Source: an uncultured delta proteobacterium (GTDB lineage: Bacteria; Myxococcota_A; Polyangia; Polyangiales; Polyangiaceae). From it: a DNA stretch of 64,000 nt. The translations under genes were made by a program, and so were the position numbers. The notes below the pieces were generated by a model. It ran no database searches, was not told the origin of the DNA, and saw only the letters and a program-made list of their open reading frames with translations. This document shows, piece after piece, positions 31,479-42,512 of the stretch. The DNA lies in NCBI GenBank assembly GCA_963841435.1, contig CAWJCS010000003.1, positions 384,001-448,000 of the forward strand, given 5' to 3'. Positions within the stretch are counted from its first letter, which is position 1. Each line of letters begins with the position of its first letter.

Positions 31479-31656
31479 GAAGACTGCCACCGGCAAGCAC
31501 CCGACAGGGTCGATTGGTGCGCGAACCCACTTGTCTGCCGGTCCGATTGCCGTCGAGGCTCGACGTTCGGTGCCCCCGTCCTCATCCCAGGTCCGTGACA
31601 AACCGCTTCGGCCGCTGGGCTCGGCAGACGAGCTCGGGCCGAGTCGCGGGCCGCGT

Positions 31657-32301
31657 TCAGGACTTCGCGGCGGCGGCCGACGGCCCGAGCAACCCCTGCT
31701 CGACGATGAAGTCGACCACCGATTTTAGGCCGTCACCCGACTTCAGGTTCGTGAAGACGAAGGGGCGGTCGCCGCGCATCTTGAGTGCGTCGCGGCGCAT
31801 CACGTCGAGCGAGGCGCCGACGTATGGCGCGAGGTCCGTCTTGTTGATGATGAGAAGATCACTCTTCGTGATACCAGGGCCGCCCTTGCGCGGGATCTTG
31901 TCGCCGGCCGAGACATCGATGACGTATAATGTGAGATCGGAGAGCTCGGGGCTGAACGTCGCGGCGAGGTTGTCGCCGCCGCTTTCGATGATGACGAGGT
32001 CGAGAGGGCCGTGGCGCTTCATGAGCGTGTCGACCGCTTCGAGGTTGATGGAGGCATCCTCGCGGATGGCGGTGTGGGGGCAGCCACCCGTTTCGACGCC
32101 GAGGACGCGGTCGGCCGAGAGGGCGCCACTCCTGATGAGAAACTGCTCGTCTTCCTTGGTGTAGATGTCGTTCGTCACGACGGCCATGCGGAAGCGGTCG
32201 CGCATGGCCTTGCACAGGGAGTTGACGAGCGCGGTCTTGCCGGAGCCCACGGGCCCACCGACGCCGACGCGCAGGGTTTCGGATTCGCTGTGTCGTTCCA
32301 T
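31657..32301 (-). CDS. ureG: Urease accessory GTPase
   Basis: [27 protein letters not shown]. Confidence 0.97.
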   Translation of the reverse strand: MERHSESETLRVGVGGPVGSGKTALVNSLCKAMRDRFRMAVVTNDIYTKEDEQFLIRSGALSADRVLGVETGGCPHTAIREDASINLEAVDTLMKRHGPLDLVIIESGGDNLAATFSPELSDLTLYVIDVSAGDKIPRKGGPGITKSDLLIINKTDLAPYVGASLDVMRRDALKMRGDRPFVFTNLKSGDGLKSVVDFIVEQGLLGPSAAAAKS

Positions 32302-32403
32302 CGGCTACCAAAGTGTGGAGGTTTGCTGACTCAGTGGGGGTTCTGGGCGGCGGTCACGCGGCGACTCAGTACGACGAAGCACGAAGGCCATCGCCACGAA
32401 ACG

Positions 32404-33168
32404 CTAGGACTTGAACAAACGAGTGTATTGCGTCTCATGAAGCGCGCTCGCGATCGCGACGCCGGGGAGCGTGGAGCCGAGCGCCGAGTCCGGCAAGGAG
32501 AGAGCGAGCGAAACGGCGCCGGGAACCGCCTCAGCCGCACGACTGAGCGCGCGCTGAGCGGCGAGCTGGCCGAGCGGCAAGAGCCGCGCGAGGGCACTCA
32601 CCTGACTTTCGGCCCAGGCGAAGGCGAAGGCATGGAGCGTCGGCTCGCACGGGGCCCCCGCTCGCGCAGCGCCGAGCGCGAACATCGCGGCGTGCGTCAC
32701 CGACTCCGAGTCGAGGAAAGGCCGGGCGGCCGCAACACCGCGGTCGACGAGCAGCCGAGCAAGGGCACGGCCGAGCTGGCGATCTTCCTGCCGCCGCTCC
32801 GAGGTTTCGCGGCACGCGAGGAGAAGCTCCGACCAGGCGAGCGCTGCCTGAGCGTCGCCGTTGGCGAAAGCGGCGTGCAGGCGGGCCACGAGCGGGAGAT
32901 CGAGGCGGGCGACGCCGTCTTCGAGGTTACCGAGGAGCCACGCCGTGGCGTCGGCTTCGTTCGTGACGAAGCCGAGCTCGATCGCGGTCTCGAGTCCCTG
33001 CGAGTAGGCGAAGGCGCCGATGGGAAGCCCAGGGCTCGCGAGCTGGAGCAGGGCGATGAGCGACGGCGCCTGGAGCCAGGGCTCGGCGGGGGGCGCCGCA
33101 GGCACGGCCGGGAGCGCGCCGGCGGGGACCATGAGCTCGGCGGGGAGAAGGTCACGGTGGGCGGTCAC
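32404..33168 (-). CDS. ureF: Urease accessory protein
   Basis: LQLASPGLPIGAFAYSQGLE, C-terminal HETQYTRLFKS. Confidence 0.95.
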   Translation of the reverse strand: MTAHRDLLPAELMVPAGALPAVPAAPPAEPWLQAPSLIALLQLASPGLPIGAFAYSQGLETAIELGFVTNEADATAWLLGNLEDGVARLDLPLVARLHAAFANGDAQAALAWSELLLACRETSERRQEDRQLGRALARLLVDRGVAAARPFLDSESVTHAAMFALGAARAGAPCEPTLHAFAFAWAESQVSALARLLPLGQLAAQRALSRAAEAVPGAVSLALSLPDSALGSTLPGVAIASALHETQYTRLFKS

Positions 33169-33698
33169 GGGGCGCCGTGCTCGTGGTCGTGACCGTGATG
33201 GTCGGGGTCGTGGTCGTGCTCGTGACCGTGATGGTCGGGGTCGTGGTCGTGCTCGTGGCTGTGGTGGCCGCCGAGGCCGTAGGCGCCGCCCTCGGGGTTG
33301 AAGGGGGCTCGCTCGAAGCTGACCGTCGCGCCGAGACGCGTGGCGAGGTCGTCGAGGACGTGGTCGTGGACGTAGGCGACGCGGCCGGGCGCGATCTGCA
33401 GGGGGACGTGGCGGTTGCCGAGGTGATAGGCGACGCGCGCGAGGAGCAGCGGGTCGTTCGTCGTGGCAACGCTGAGTGGCTCCGCGGCGGCGACCACACG
33501 CACGGTGCCGCCGTCGTCCGCCACGAGCACGTTGCCGTCCACGAGCACGGTGCCGCGCGGCAAGCGCACGGCGATGACCTCGCCGCTTGCGAGCGTGGCG
33601 CGGAAGCGGTGCTTCTGGCGCGCGTCGTAGTCGAGCACGACGCGATCCTCCCGCGCTCCTGCGGGCGGCGCTTCGTGGAGGCGGCGCACTTCTCGCAT
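33165..33698 (-). CDS. ureE: Urease nickel chaperone with His-rich tail
   Basis: AYHLGNRH, DHVL, FNPEGGAY, His/Asp-rich C-terminus. Confidence 0.95.
   Translation of the reverse strand: MREVRRLHEAPPAGAREDRVVLDYDARQKHRFRATLASGEVIAVRLPRGTVLVDGNVLVADDGGTVRVVAAAEPLSVATTNDPLLLARVAYHLGNRHVPLQIAPGRVAYVHDHVLDDLATRLGATVSFERAPFNPEGGAYGLGGHHSHEHDHDPDHHGHEHDHDPDHHGHDHEHGAP
33187..33257. repeat. 33-bp tandem repeat x2 encoding the UreE His tail
   Basis: Identical units at 33187-33219 and 33220-33252 (HDHDPDHHGHE/D). Confidence 0.85.
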
Positions 33699-33699
33699 G

Positions 33700-35403
33700 T
33701 CAGAACAAGAAGTAGCGCTGGGTGAGCGGAAGCGTCTTCGCCGGCTCGCACGTGAGCAACGTGCCGTCGGCGCGCACCTCATAGGTCTGTGAATCGACTT
33801 CTATTTTCGGCAAGGCGGCGTTGTGCACCATGTCCTTCTTCGCGATACCGCGCGTACCCTTCACGGCAACGAGACGCTTTTGGAGCCGGAGCCGCTCACC
33901 GAGACCGGCAGCGAGCGCCGCCTGCGAGACGAACGAGACGCTCGTCGCCGGAAGGGCGCCACCGTACGCGCCGAACATCGGTCGGTAGTGCACGGGCTGT
34001 GGCGTCGGGATCGACGCGTTCGGGTCGCCCATGGGCGCGGCCACGATCATGCCGCCCTTGATGATCATCGCGGGCTTCACGCCAAAGCACGCCGGGGAAA
34101 AGAGCACGATGTCGGCAAGCTTGCCTGCCTCGATCGAGCCGACCTCCGTGGCGATGCCGTGCGCGATGGCGGGATTGATCGTGTACTTGGCGATGTAGCG
34201 CCGCACGCGAAAATTGTCGCTCTCGGCGCTGTCTTCCGGCAACGCGCCGCGCTGCATCTTCATCTTGTGCGCCGTTTGCCAGGTGCGGATGCCGACCTCG
34301 CCGACGCGGCCCATCGCCTGCGAATCGGAGGCAATCATGCTGAACGCGCCGAGATCGTGCAAAATGTCCTCGGCGGCGATCGTCTCGCGGCGAATGCGCG
34401 ACTCGGCAAACGCCACGTCCTCGGGAATCGAAGGATCGAGATGGTGACACACCATGAGCATGTCGAGGTGCTCGTCGATGGTGTTCACGGTGAACGGCCG
34501 CGTGGGGTTCGTCGACGAAGGCAAGACGTTCGGCTCGCCGCAGGCGCGGATGATGTCCGGCGCGTGCCCGCCACCCGCACCCTCGGTGTGGTACGCGTGG
34601 ATGGTCCTACCCTTGAACGCGGCGAACGTGTCCTCCACGAAGCCGGACTCGTTGAGCGTGTCGGTGTGGATGGCGACCTGCACGTCGTAGCGGTCGGCCA
34701 CGCCGAGGCAGCAGTCGATGGCCGCGGGCGTCGTGCCCCAGTCTTCGTGGAGCTTCAGACCCATGGCGCCGGCCGTGACCTGCTCCTCGAGCGCGTCGGG
34801 CAGGCTCGCGTTACCCTTGCCCAAAAATCCGAGGTTCATCGGCAACCCGTCGGCCGCCTGGAGCATGCGCGCGAGGTACCAGGGGCCAGGGGTGCAGGTG
34901 GTGGCGTTGGTGCCGGCGGCGGGGCCCGTGCCGCCGCCGAGCATCGTCGTGACGCCGCTCATGAGCGCGTCTTCGATCTGCTGCGGGCAGATGAAGTGAA
35001 TGTGCGCGTCGATGCCGCCGGGGACGGCAATGAGCCCTTCGCCGGCGATGACCTCGGTGCCCGGACCGACGACGATGTCGACGCCGGGCTGAACGTCGGG
35101 GTTGCCCCCCTTTCCGATCTTGGCGATGCGGCCGTCCTTGATGCCGATGTCGGCTTTGACGATGCCCCAGTGGTCGACGATGAGGGCGTTGGTGATGACG
35201 GTATCGACGGTCTCGGCGCTCGTGCGCTGCCCCTGCCCCATGCCGTCACGGATGACCTTGCCGCCGCCGAACTTGATTTCCTCGCCGTAGAGCGTGAGGT
35301 CCTTCTCGACGCTGATGAAGAGCTCGGTGTCGGCGAGGCGCAGCCGGTCGCCGACCGTCGGCCCGTACATCGACGCGTAGGCGCTGCGCGAGATGCGGGT
35401 CAT
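33700..35403 (-). CDS. ureC: Urease alpha subunit
   Basis: [58 protein letters not shown]. Confidence 0.97.
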   Translation of the reverse strand: MTRISRSAYASMYGPTVGDRLRLADTELFISVEKDLTLYGEEIKFGGGKVIRDGMGQGQRTSAETVDTVITNALIVDHWGIVKADIGIKDGRIAKIGKGGNPDVQPGVDIVVGPGTEVIAGEGLIAVPGGIDAHIHFICPQQIEDALMSGVTTMLGGGTGPAAGTNATTCTPGPWYLARMLQAADGLPMNLGFLGKGNASLPDALEEQVTAGAMGLKLHEDWGTTPAAIDCCLGVADRYDVQVAIHTDTLNESGFVEDTFAAFKGRTIHAYHTEGAGGGHAPDIIRACGEPNVLPSSTNPTRPFTVNTIDEHLDMLMVCHHLDPSIPEDVAFAESRIRRETIAAEDILHDLGAFSMIASDSQAMGRVGEVGIRTWQTAHKMKMQRGALPEDSAESDNFRVRRYIAKYTINPAIAHGIATEVGSIEAGKLADIVLFSPACFGVKPAMIIKGGMIVAAPMGDPNASIPTPQPVHYRPMFGAYGGALPATSVSFVSQAALAAGLGERLRLQKRLVAVKGTRGIAKKDMVHNAALPKIEVDSQTYEVRADGTLLTCEPAKTLPLTQRYFLF

Positions 35404-35717
35404 CGTCCGCCTCCGAGCGCGCCCATGACGCGACCCTGGAAGCCATAGACCTTGCCGTCGCCGGCGTATTTCACGAGCGTTACCTCCCGCTCCTGGCCGG
35501 GCTCGAAGCGCACCGCCGTGCCCGCGGCGACGTTGAGGCGATAGCCGCGCGTCGGCTCGCGGTCGAAACGGAGGGCCTGGTTCGTCTCGTAGAAGTGATA
35601 GTGCGAACCGACCTGGATGGGTCAATCGCCGGTGTTCGCAACGCGCACCGTGAGCGTGGGGCGACCCTCGTTCAGCTCGATGTCGCCGGGTTTCGTGAAA
35701 AGCTCGCCGGGAATCAT
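35400..35717 (-). pseudogene. ureB: Urease beta subunit with in-frame TGA at codon 32 (35622-35624)
   Basis: Hand translation MIPGELF...[20 protein letters not shown]...GTAVRFEPG...VYGFQG; conserved Arg position reads TGA. Confidence 0.9.
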
Positions 35718-35734
35718 GTCTTGACTTTCGTGGC

Positions 35735-36037
35735 TCAAAGGATGGGCTGGTGCACGGTGACGAGCTTCGTGCCGTCGGGGAACGTCGCTTCGGCCTGAAC
35801 CTCGTGAATCATCTCGGGCACTCCCTCCATCACGTCGTCGCGCGTGAGAAGCGTGGCGCCGTGGCTCATGAGCTCGGCCACGGTGCGCCCGTCGCGCGCG
35901 CCTTCGAGGATGGCGGCCGTGATGTAAGCGACCGCTTCGGGGTAGTTGAGCTTCAAGCCGCGCGCCTTGCGCCGCTCCGCGAGCAGCGCCGCCGTGAAAA
36001 TCAGCAGTTTGTCCTTTTCTCTCGGGCTAAGCTCCAT
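35735..36037 (-). CDS. ureA: Urease gamma subunit
   Basis: [35 protein letters not shown]. Confidence 0.97.
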   Translation of the reverse strand: MELSPREKDKLLIFTAALLAERRKARGLKLNYPEAVAYITAAILEGARDGRTVAELMSHGATLLTRDDVMEGVPEMIHEVQAEATFPDGTKLVTVHQPIL

Positions 36038-36044
36038 GGTCTCC

Positions 36045-36899
36045 TCACGTGTTCCAGATGCGGGGCTGACAGGGGGACTTTTCGAGGACGTGCTCGCGCG
36101 CGACGACCCAGGCGGGCTCGAGCAAGCGACGCACGCGATCGGCACCGTGGCCCAGCGCGCGACAAACGACGGCGCCGCCCACGTCGGTGACGGCGAAAAG
36201 GTCGCCCTCGGCGCTCGGGCGCACCAGCGCGCGAAGAGCGTCCACGACGCCCCCCGCCGGGCCGACGGCGACGAGGCAACCGTAAGCGCTCCGCCCGCCG
36301 AGCCCAAAGGGGCCACGCCGGCTCGCCGCGCGCGCGTCGACGCTGAGGCGCTCGACGAGCAGCGGCTTGCCACCGACCCAGAGCTCGGTTTTCTGATCGA
36401 GGCGGCCAACGTCGAAATCATCGCCCGACGCGGGCCGGCCGAGACACGCGATATCCCAACCGACGTAGCGCGCGCCGGGCTCGAGCTCGACGCGCGTCTG
36501 CATTTCGGCGCGGGCGCCGCCGAAGGCGAGCGTTTCCTGCGGTAGCCACTCGAGGGTCGCGCCGGTGCTCACATGCAGGGACTGGCGTACGGTCGCGAGC
36601 GGGCCACGGGTCCGGTAGAGCTTCGTGGCGGCGGGCGTCGTCAAAAGGGCGCGCGCTCCCGAGCGCACCTCGATCGAGAGGTCCAGGATGTCTCCGCCGG
36701 CGATGCCGCCTGGCGGGTGCAAGACGACGACGTGCGCGGTGCCGTCGGGCTCCGGGTAAAATGCCCGCTGCACCATGAGCGGACCCTCGTGGGACCGGCG
36801 GACGAGCACCGTGCGGCTCCCCAGGAGCCCTAGCTCGAGGTCGAGACGTGCGTGCCAGCCCCCCGGGGCGGTCGGGCGAAGCTCGGCGACGGTCATCAC
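36045..36899 (-). CDS. ureD: Urease accessory protein
   Basis: [43 protein letters not shown]. Confidence 0.95.
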   Translation of the reverse strand: MMTVAELRPTAPGGWHARLDLELGLLGSRTVLVRRSHEGPLMVQRAFYPEPDGTAHVVVLHPPGGIAGGDILDLSIEVRSGARALLTTPAATKLYRTRGPLATVRQSLHVSTGATLEWLPQETLAFGGARAEMQTRVELEPGARYVGWDIACLGRPASGDDFDVGRLDQKTELWVGGKPLLVERLSVDARAASRRGPFGLGGRSAYGCLVAVGPAGGVVDALRALVRPSAEGDLFAVTDVGGAVVCRALGHGADRVRRLLEPAWVVAREHVLEKSPCQPRIWNT

Positions 36900-36998
36900 G
36901 ACCGAACGCGAATACGACGAGCAATCCCCCGAATCAAGCCGAACTCCTGGGATTGACGCGTGGCGGGGACGCGGAAACCCGCCGGATACACACGCGGC

Positions 36999-37616
36999 TC
37001 AGGCGACCTTCGTGAGCCAGATGTCGGCCTCGCGCTCGACGTGCCGCCACTCCGGATTGCGCGCTGGATCGCGAAGGCCCGAAACGAGAGCGCGGAACTC
37101 GCCTTCGAGCTCGGGAGCAAATTCGAAGTAGGTGAGGAAGTCCCAGCCGGCGCCCGGGACACCGCGACCGTGATAGAGCTTGCGCAGGATCTGTTTCGCC
37201 ACCGGGCGGCCGACGTTCACGTGACCCTCCGACGTGCCGGCGCCGCGAAAGAGCTGATCGCGCTCGTCGTGCGCCAGCTCCCACCAGGCCGCGCTCTTGG
37301 TGATGGGAATGATGACGACGTGCGCGTCGGCGCCCGGGCTCGTCGCCGGCGCGAGCTCGGCGCGCTCGGCGGCGCGCGTGTACCCGAGGTGCTGCGTGAC
37401 GGCGACGAGGTCACCCGCACCGTCGGGCAACCCGACGCTCGATTCGATCCGTGCGAAAGAGAGTCCAGGCTCGATGCCCTCGAGCGCCGCGCCGCGCACG
37501 TTCGTGACGCTCACGACCTTCAGACGATCGATTACCTCGCCTGCGCTGGGCTCGCGTCCGCCGTCGAGACGAGTGAAGCGAACCCACGTGGACGGAGGAA
37601 CCTGAGGACAGTGCAT
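36999..37616 (-). CDS. Short chlorite dismutase-family heme protein
   Basis: IPITKSAAWW.L..DER, RKLYH.R, DFLTYFEF, EW..VERE. Confidence 0.8.
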   Translation of the reverse strand: MHCPQVPPSTWVRFTRLDGGREPSAGEVIDRLKVVSVTNVRGAALEGIEPGLSFARIESSVGLPDGAGDLVAVTQHLGYTRAAERAELAPATSPGADAHVVIIPITKSAAWWELAHDERDQLFRGAGTSEGHVNVGRPVAKQILRKLYHGRGVPGAGWDFLTYFEFAPELEGEFRALVSGLRDPARNPEWRHVEREADIWLTKVA

Positions 37617-37815
37617 GCGGCCTTGTCACCACGGCCGCCGCGGCGCGTCAACGGTCTCGTCCGACTCGACGAGAGTTTTTCGTCGAAGCCGGACGGGATG
37701 CGCACACCTGCCTGCATCGCCTCACCCCGTTCTCGCGCTCACAGCGGAAACGACAAGAAATTCGAGGGGTAACGAGGTTGCCGATCTCACCCTCGGGCGT
37801 TAGCTTCGTCAGAAG

Positions 37816-39660
37816 GTGGCGCGGGCTTCGAAGGTACGAAACGAAGAGACACGACGTGTCGTGAGCTGGAGCTTGCCCACGGCCTTTGCGGCGGCTCTGC
37901 CATTTTTGGTGCTCGCCTGTGGCACGGTCGCGCCGACACCCGCACCAGGCGGCAACGGTGCCGCCGCCGGCCAGGGTGCGACGGGCGGCGCCGCCGGCGG
38001 CGGCGGCAGCGGCGCGGGCGGGGGTAGCGGCGGCAGCAGCGGCTCGATCGGCGTCGGCGGATCCGGAAACGCGGGGGGCGCAGCGGGTGGCGGCGCGCAG
38101 GCGGGACAGTCTCAAGGTGGCTTCGGCGGCCAGGCACCCCCCGTCGGCGGCGAGCTCAGCGACTGCAGCACGCCCGGCCCGCGCCTCATCCGGCGCCTCA
38201 CCTCGATCCAGCTCCGCAACACGCTCGTCGACGCGTTTCAGGACCAGAGCGTCCCCTCGGCCGACGTGCTCACCGATCCTTCGGTGTTGCGCTTCCGCGT
38301 CGATGCCGACGCCGCCGTCGTGCGCGACCTCGATGCGGCCCTGTTGATCGACTACGCGGAAAAGGTCGCCGAATGGGCGGTGCCGAGCAAGCTTTCGCTG
38401 TTCACGTCGTGCACGACGAACGACGCGAGCTGCCAGCGCGAGCTGATTCAAAACCTCGGCACGAAGCTCTACCGCGAGCCGCTTCTCGACGCGCGCGTCG
38501 GAGACTACCTCGCGCTCTTTGCCGCGGAGCAAAGCTTCGAGGACGGGGCCAAGGTCGTCATCGCGACGCTGATCCAGTCGCCGTACCTGCTCTATCGACG
38601 CGAGCTCGGCGCGCCGGATCCGAACGAGCCGGGTCGCTGGGCGCTCACGCCGTACGAGGTCGCGAGCGAGCTCTCGTACTTCCTGCTCGACACGGCGCCC
38701 GATGCGACGCTGCTCGCCGCCGCCGCCGCGAACGCGCTCGGCACGGCCGAGGCCATCGACCAGCAGGCAGCGCGGCTGCTCAATACGCCGGCCGCCAAGC
38801 TCCCGGTCGCGCGCTTCGCGTCGGGCTGGCTCGAGCTCGACGGCCTGCCGACGAAGGCGAAGGACGACGCGACCTTTGCTCTGACACCCGAGCTTCGCGC
38901 CTCGATGCAGGGCGAAGCATCCGAGTTTTTCGCGAGCACGTTCGCCGCGGGCGCCGACGTGACGACGCTCCTCACCGCCGACTACACGTACGTCGACGCG
39001 GCGCTCGCTGCGTTCTACGGGCTCGCCGCGGGCGGCGCGGGTTTTCAGCGCGTCGAGCTCGCGGGCACCCAGCGTGCCCCGGGGCTCCTCGGCCAGGCGG
39101 GCTTTCTCACGGCGCATGCGCAGCCGGAGAACTCCTCGCCCACGCAGCGCGGTCGCTTCGTGCGCGAGCGACTGCTCTGCGATCCGATCCCCGCCATGCC
39201 GACCGATCTCGACACGAACCTCGCGAGCGGCGCGGGCTTCACGACGAACCGCGAGCGCTACACCGAGCACACGAGGAACCCCGTGTGCGCGGGCTGTCAC
39301 ACGATGTTCGACCCAACCGGCTTCGCATTCGAGCACTACGACGGCTTCGGCCGCTACCGTGACCAGGAAAACGGCGTCACCATCGACGCCACGGGGCTGC
39401 TCACCGAAGGGCCCACGGGCGACGTGCCGCTCGATGGCTTGCCATCGCTCGTGAGCTACCTCGCGTCGGAAGATCGCGTGCGTGCCTGCCTCGTGCGCTT
39501 CTGGTCGTACTACGCCCACGGTCGCGACAACTGGACCGAAAAGAAGTGCAACGACGACGCCGTGCGGCGCGACGCCGCCGCACACGGCTACTCGCTCTAC
39601 TCCATCGTCACCGGCATTCTCCACGCGCCGACCTTCTCGCAGAGGGTGGTGGATCCATGA
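37816..39660 (+). CDS. DUF1592/DUF1588/DUF1595-type lipoprotein with CxxCH motif
   Basis: VLAC lipobox, RRLT...RNTL.D, SPYLLYR.E, LASELSY, SSPTQRG.FVRERLLC, CAGCH; start may be 37861. Confidence 0.85.
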   Translation: MARASKVRNEETRRVVSWSLPTAFAAALPFLVLACGTVAPTPAPGGNGAAAGQGATGGAAGGGGSGAGGGSGGSSGSIGVGGSGNAGGAAGGGAQAGQSQGGFGGQAPPVGGELSDCSTPGPRLIRRLTSIQLRNTLVDAFQDQSVPSADVLTDPSVLRFRVDADAAVVRDLDAALLIDYAEKVAEWAVPSKLSLFTSCTTNDASCQRELIQNLGTKLYREPLLDARVGDYLALFAAEQSFEDGAKVVIATLIQSPYLLYRRELGAPDPNEPGRWALTPYEVASELSYFLLDTAPDATLLAAAAANALGTAEAIDQQAARLLNTPAAKLPVARFASGWLELDGLPTKAKDDATFALTPELRASMQGEASEFFASTFAAGADVTTLLTADYTYVDAALAAFYGLAAGGAGFQRVELAGTQRAPGLLGQAGFLTAHAQPENSSPTQRGRFVRERLLCDPIPAMPTDLDTNLASGAGFTTNRERYTEHTRNPVCAGCHTMFDPTGFAFEHYDGFGRYRDQENGVTIDATGLLTEGPTGDVPLDGLPSLVSYLASEDRVRACLVRFWSYYAHGRDNWTEKKCNDDAVRRDAAAHGYSLYSIVTGILHAPTFSQRVVDP

Positions 39661-40958
39661 AAAGTACCAGCCTGCTCCGGCGTCGCGCATTTTTGCAGAG
39701 CGCGGGGCTCGCCACGCTGTTCGCGCCGTTCGTCGAGCTCGTGCGCGCGCCGAACGCGAGCGCCGCCCCCGTCGGCGGCTACGAGAACCTGTTGTTGTTC
39801 TTCACGTCCGGGACGGACATCGCGTCATGGACGCCCAAGGGCTCGACCGACACGAAGATCGTGTGGAGCCCGATGACCGAGCCGCTCGAGCCGCTCAAAG
39901 CGAACCTCGTGCTCGTGGAGAAGCTCTCCAGCAACGGCACGGCCGACTCGCACGGTTCGCCCGGCGGCCTCACGGGTAAGGGCTACGGCGCGCCGACTCA
40001 CATCTCGATCGAGCAGTGGGTGAGCGACCAGCTGCCGCAGACGCCCATCAAGAACCTGCTGCTCGGCGGCGTGAGCACCGAGCAGCAGACCACTTTTTAC
40101 CGCGATGGTCGGGCTCTCTCCCCCATCTTCTCGGTGAGCGCGGCGCACCAGGCCATCTTCGGTGGGTTCACGCCGCCGTCGGATACCCCGCCTGATCCGA
40201 ACGTGCCCGACGACAAGACGCGCCGCCGCACGAGCTCGCTCGATCTCGTGAAGCGCGAGCTCGCCGAGCTCTCGCAAACGTTGGGCGCGACGGAGCGCCA
40301 GAAGCTCGAGCTTCACGCCGATTCGATTCGCCAGCTCGAGCTCACGCTCGCATCGGGCGGCGGGGGCGGTCCGCCGCCGGCGGCTTCGTGCGCCGTGCCG
40401 GCAGTACCGACGGCAGAGTCCGAAGTGCTCCTGAACAGCGTGAAGCACTTGGACCTCGCGGTGATGGCGCTCGCGTGCGGCCGCACGCGCGTGGCCGCCG
40501 TGCAGTTCGGTCACCACCAGAACACGCAGGTGTCACTGCCGGAGGTGGGCGCACCGGGCGACTGGCACAACACGTTCCTGCACTCCGACATGGCGCCACG
40601 CCAGCGCCTCATCGCCCTCGAACGCTGGCTCTGCGGGCAGTTCGTCGCTGCTGCCGAAAAGCTCAAGGCCATCCCCCTTTCGGGCGGCGCCGGCACGCTG
40701 TTCGACAAAACACTCATGGTGTGGGCGCGCGACATGGGCGACGGCGTGCTCCACAGCGGTAGCGACATGCGCTTCGTCTTCGCGGGTGGCGACAATGGCT
40801 ACCTGAAGCTCTCGCCCGACGGCCGCTACATCGACGGCCAGGGCGCGCCGCACCAGAACGCGCTCATCAGCATGGCCGAAGCGCTCGGCATCGCCGACTA
40901 CCAGGACTTCGGCGACCCCTCGCACCCGCGCGTGCCACTCGCTGGGCTCGGCACCTGA
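39657..40958 (+). CDS. DUF1552 domain protein (Tat-exported)
   Basis: RRRAFL twin-arginine motif, SSLDLV, KLELHADSIR.LE, ALACGRTRV, FDKTL; ATGA overlap. Confidence 0.85.
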   Translation: MKSTSLLRRRAFLQSAGLATLFAPFVELVRAPNASAAPVGGYENLLLFFTSGTDIASWTPKGSTDTKIVWSPMTEPLEPLKANLVLVEKLSSNGTADSHGSPGGLTGKGYGAPTHISIEQWVSDQLPQTPIKNLLLGGVSTEQQTTFYRDGRALSPIFSVSAAHQAIFGGFTPPSDTPPDPNVPDDKTRRRTSSLDLVKRELAELSQTLGATERQKLELHADSIRQLELTLASGGGGGPPPAASCAVPAVPTAESEVLLNSVKHLDLAVMALACGRTRVAAVQFGHHQNTQVSLPEVGAPGDWHNTFLHSDMAPRQRLIALERWLCGQFVAAAEKLKAIPLSGGAGTLFDKTLMVWARDMGDGVLHSGSDMRFVFAGGDNGYLKLSPDGRYIDGQGAPHQNALISMAEALGIADYQDFGDPSHPRVPLAGLGT

Positions 40959-41031
40959 GAGCGGCGGCGGGTCGGCTCGCGCTCCATCGCAAGCTTTTGG
41001 CCGCAGACCCCGGCGGCGCTCGGAAGGGCGC

Positions 41032-41694
41032 TCAGAACGCGTCCCAGTGCGGGATCGTCAAGGGCTCCTTCACCGCCTCCGCCTCCCACGAGCGGAACGC
41101 GGGATTGTCGAGCACGGCGTCAACGTAGCGGGCCGCCTCGGACGCGAGCGGCACGGCGTAGGTGCGGAAGCGCGCGGCGACCGGCGTGAAGAAGGCGTCG
41201 GCGATGCTCGGCTCGGCGCCGAACAGGTACGGACCGCCCGAGCCGAAGCGGGCACGCAAATCGCGCCAGAGCGCCTGAACGCGCTCCACGTCGCGGCGCA
41301 CGGCAGCGTCGAGCGGACGGGGAGCGGCGCGCCGGCGGATGTTGCACGGCAGCGCGGCGCGGAGTGCCGCGAAGCTCGAGTGCATCTCGCATGTGGCAGC
41401 GCGCGCGAGCGCCCGTGCGAGCGGCTCCTCCGGCCACAGCTGCGGCGCCTTCTCCGCCGCCCACTCCGATATCGCGAGCGAATCCTGAATGCGAGTCTCG
41501 CCGAGGTGCAAAACGGGCACCGTGCCCGTCTCGGAGACGGCGAGCACGCCCGGCACGAGGCGCTCGAGGTAACCCGGACCACCGAGCGGGATGACGCGCG
41601 CTTCGAAGTCGATGCCGCTCCAGGTGAGAGCGAGCCAGGGGCGTAGCGACCACGAGGAATAGTTCTTGTTGCCGATGTAGAGGATGGGGGTCAC
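41032..41694 (-). CDS. Glutathione S-transferase
   Basis: GNKNYSSWSLRPW, VPVL, DSLAI.E, EMHSSF..LR, IADAFF.PV. Confidence 0.92.
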   Translation of the reverse strand: MTPILYIGNKNYSSWSLRPWLALTWSGIDFEARVIPLGGPGYLERLVPGVLAVSETGTVPVLHLGETRIQDSLAISEWAAEKAPQLWPEEPLARALARAATCEMHSSFAALRAALPCNIRRRAAPRPLDAAVRRDVERVQALWRDLRARFGSGGPYLFGAEPSIADAFFTPVAARFRTYAVPLASEAARYVDAVLDNPAFRSWEAEAVKEPLTIPHWDAF

Positions 41695-41831
41695 GAACGG
41701 AGGGTTTCACGCCGGCGCGCGGCGCGCACGTGGCCGCCGAGCCGGTCGCGGGTGGCCTCGAGGCGCGCCGGGGACCCAGCCGCCGAAAACCGCCTCGGAC
41801 GTCCGCGACGCGAAGCGGCGGGTCCGGCCGT

Positions 41832-42512
41832 CTACGGCGGCACGGCGATGGGCGTCCGCTCGTCGGGGTCCAGGCTGCCGTTTGCGTTCCCATCGAGGTA
41901 GAGCGCGACGGCGTGGGGCGTCGCCGCCTCGAGCGCCGTGAGTCGGTCGAGATTGTGGTCGGCGTCAACGAGCACACTGCCGTTTTCGGTGGTCGCGCCG
42001 GCGAGATCGGCGGCGTCGAGCCACAGACCGAGATCGAACGCGATGACGGCCTGACGCGGGGGGAACGCCGCCGCGTCGAGCACGAGGTGGTGGGCGAGCT
42101 CGCTCTCAATCCGGAAGGGAAGGGCATCGCCGCGGATGCCCTCGACGACGAGCGTGAGCCCGGCGAGCTCGGCCGGCTCACCGAGGGACGACGGCCCGAG
42201 CTCGAGCACGACGCCGCACGCCTCTGCGCCTGCGTTCGCGAATCGTGGACGCGCGGAACCGGAGAGCAGATCGACGGCAATCGCTTCGCCAATCCGCGGC
42301 GCATCCCCGGCGGTGCACGCCGAGAGCTCCGTGCTCGGCAGCGAGACCCACGTTCGAGATAGCGTGACATCGGCAGGCAGCGAATCGGGCAGTGCCGTGA
42401 CGAGCGGCCCGATTTCACTGCCCGGGTTGCCCGTCTCGGTGCCGGAGCCGCAGCCGAGGGCGCCGCCGCACAGCGCGAGCGCGGGCACGAGGCGCGCGAC
42501 GATCCAATTCAC
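41832..42512 (-). CDS. Hypothetical lipoprotein
   Basis: ALGC lipobox then GTETGNP; GTGA overlap with TIGR02147 gene. Confidence 0.7.
   Translation of the reverse strand: MNWIVARLVPALALCGGALGCGSGTETGNPGSEIGPLVTALPDSLPADVTLSRTWVSLPSTELSACTAGDAPRIGEAIAVDLLSGSARPRFANAGAEACGVVLELGPSSLGEPAELAGLTLVVEGIRGDALPFRIESELAHHLVLDAAAFPPRQAVIAFDLGLWLDAADLAGATTENGSVLVDADHNLDRLTALEAATPHAVALYLDGNANGSLDPDERTPIAVPP

Noticed and set aside
35622-35624. Genome-wide TGA reassignment or selenocysteine
   Set aside because: TGA terminates many genes here (ATGA/GTGA overlaps), and the position is a conserved Arg, not Cys, Trp or Gly
37740-37790. c-di-GMP-I riboswitch (GGTAACGAGGTTGCCGA resembles its 3' end)
   Set aside because: The 5' GGCAAA, GNRA hairpin and GCAAAG elements are not visible; would need a covariance-model scan
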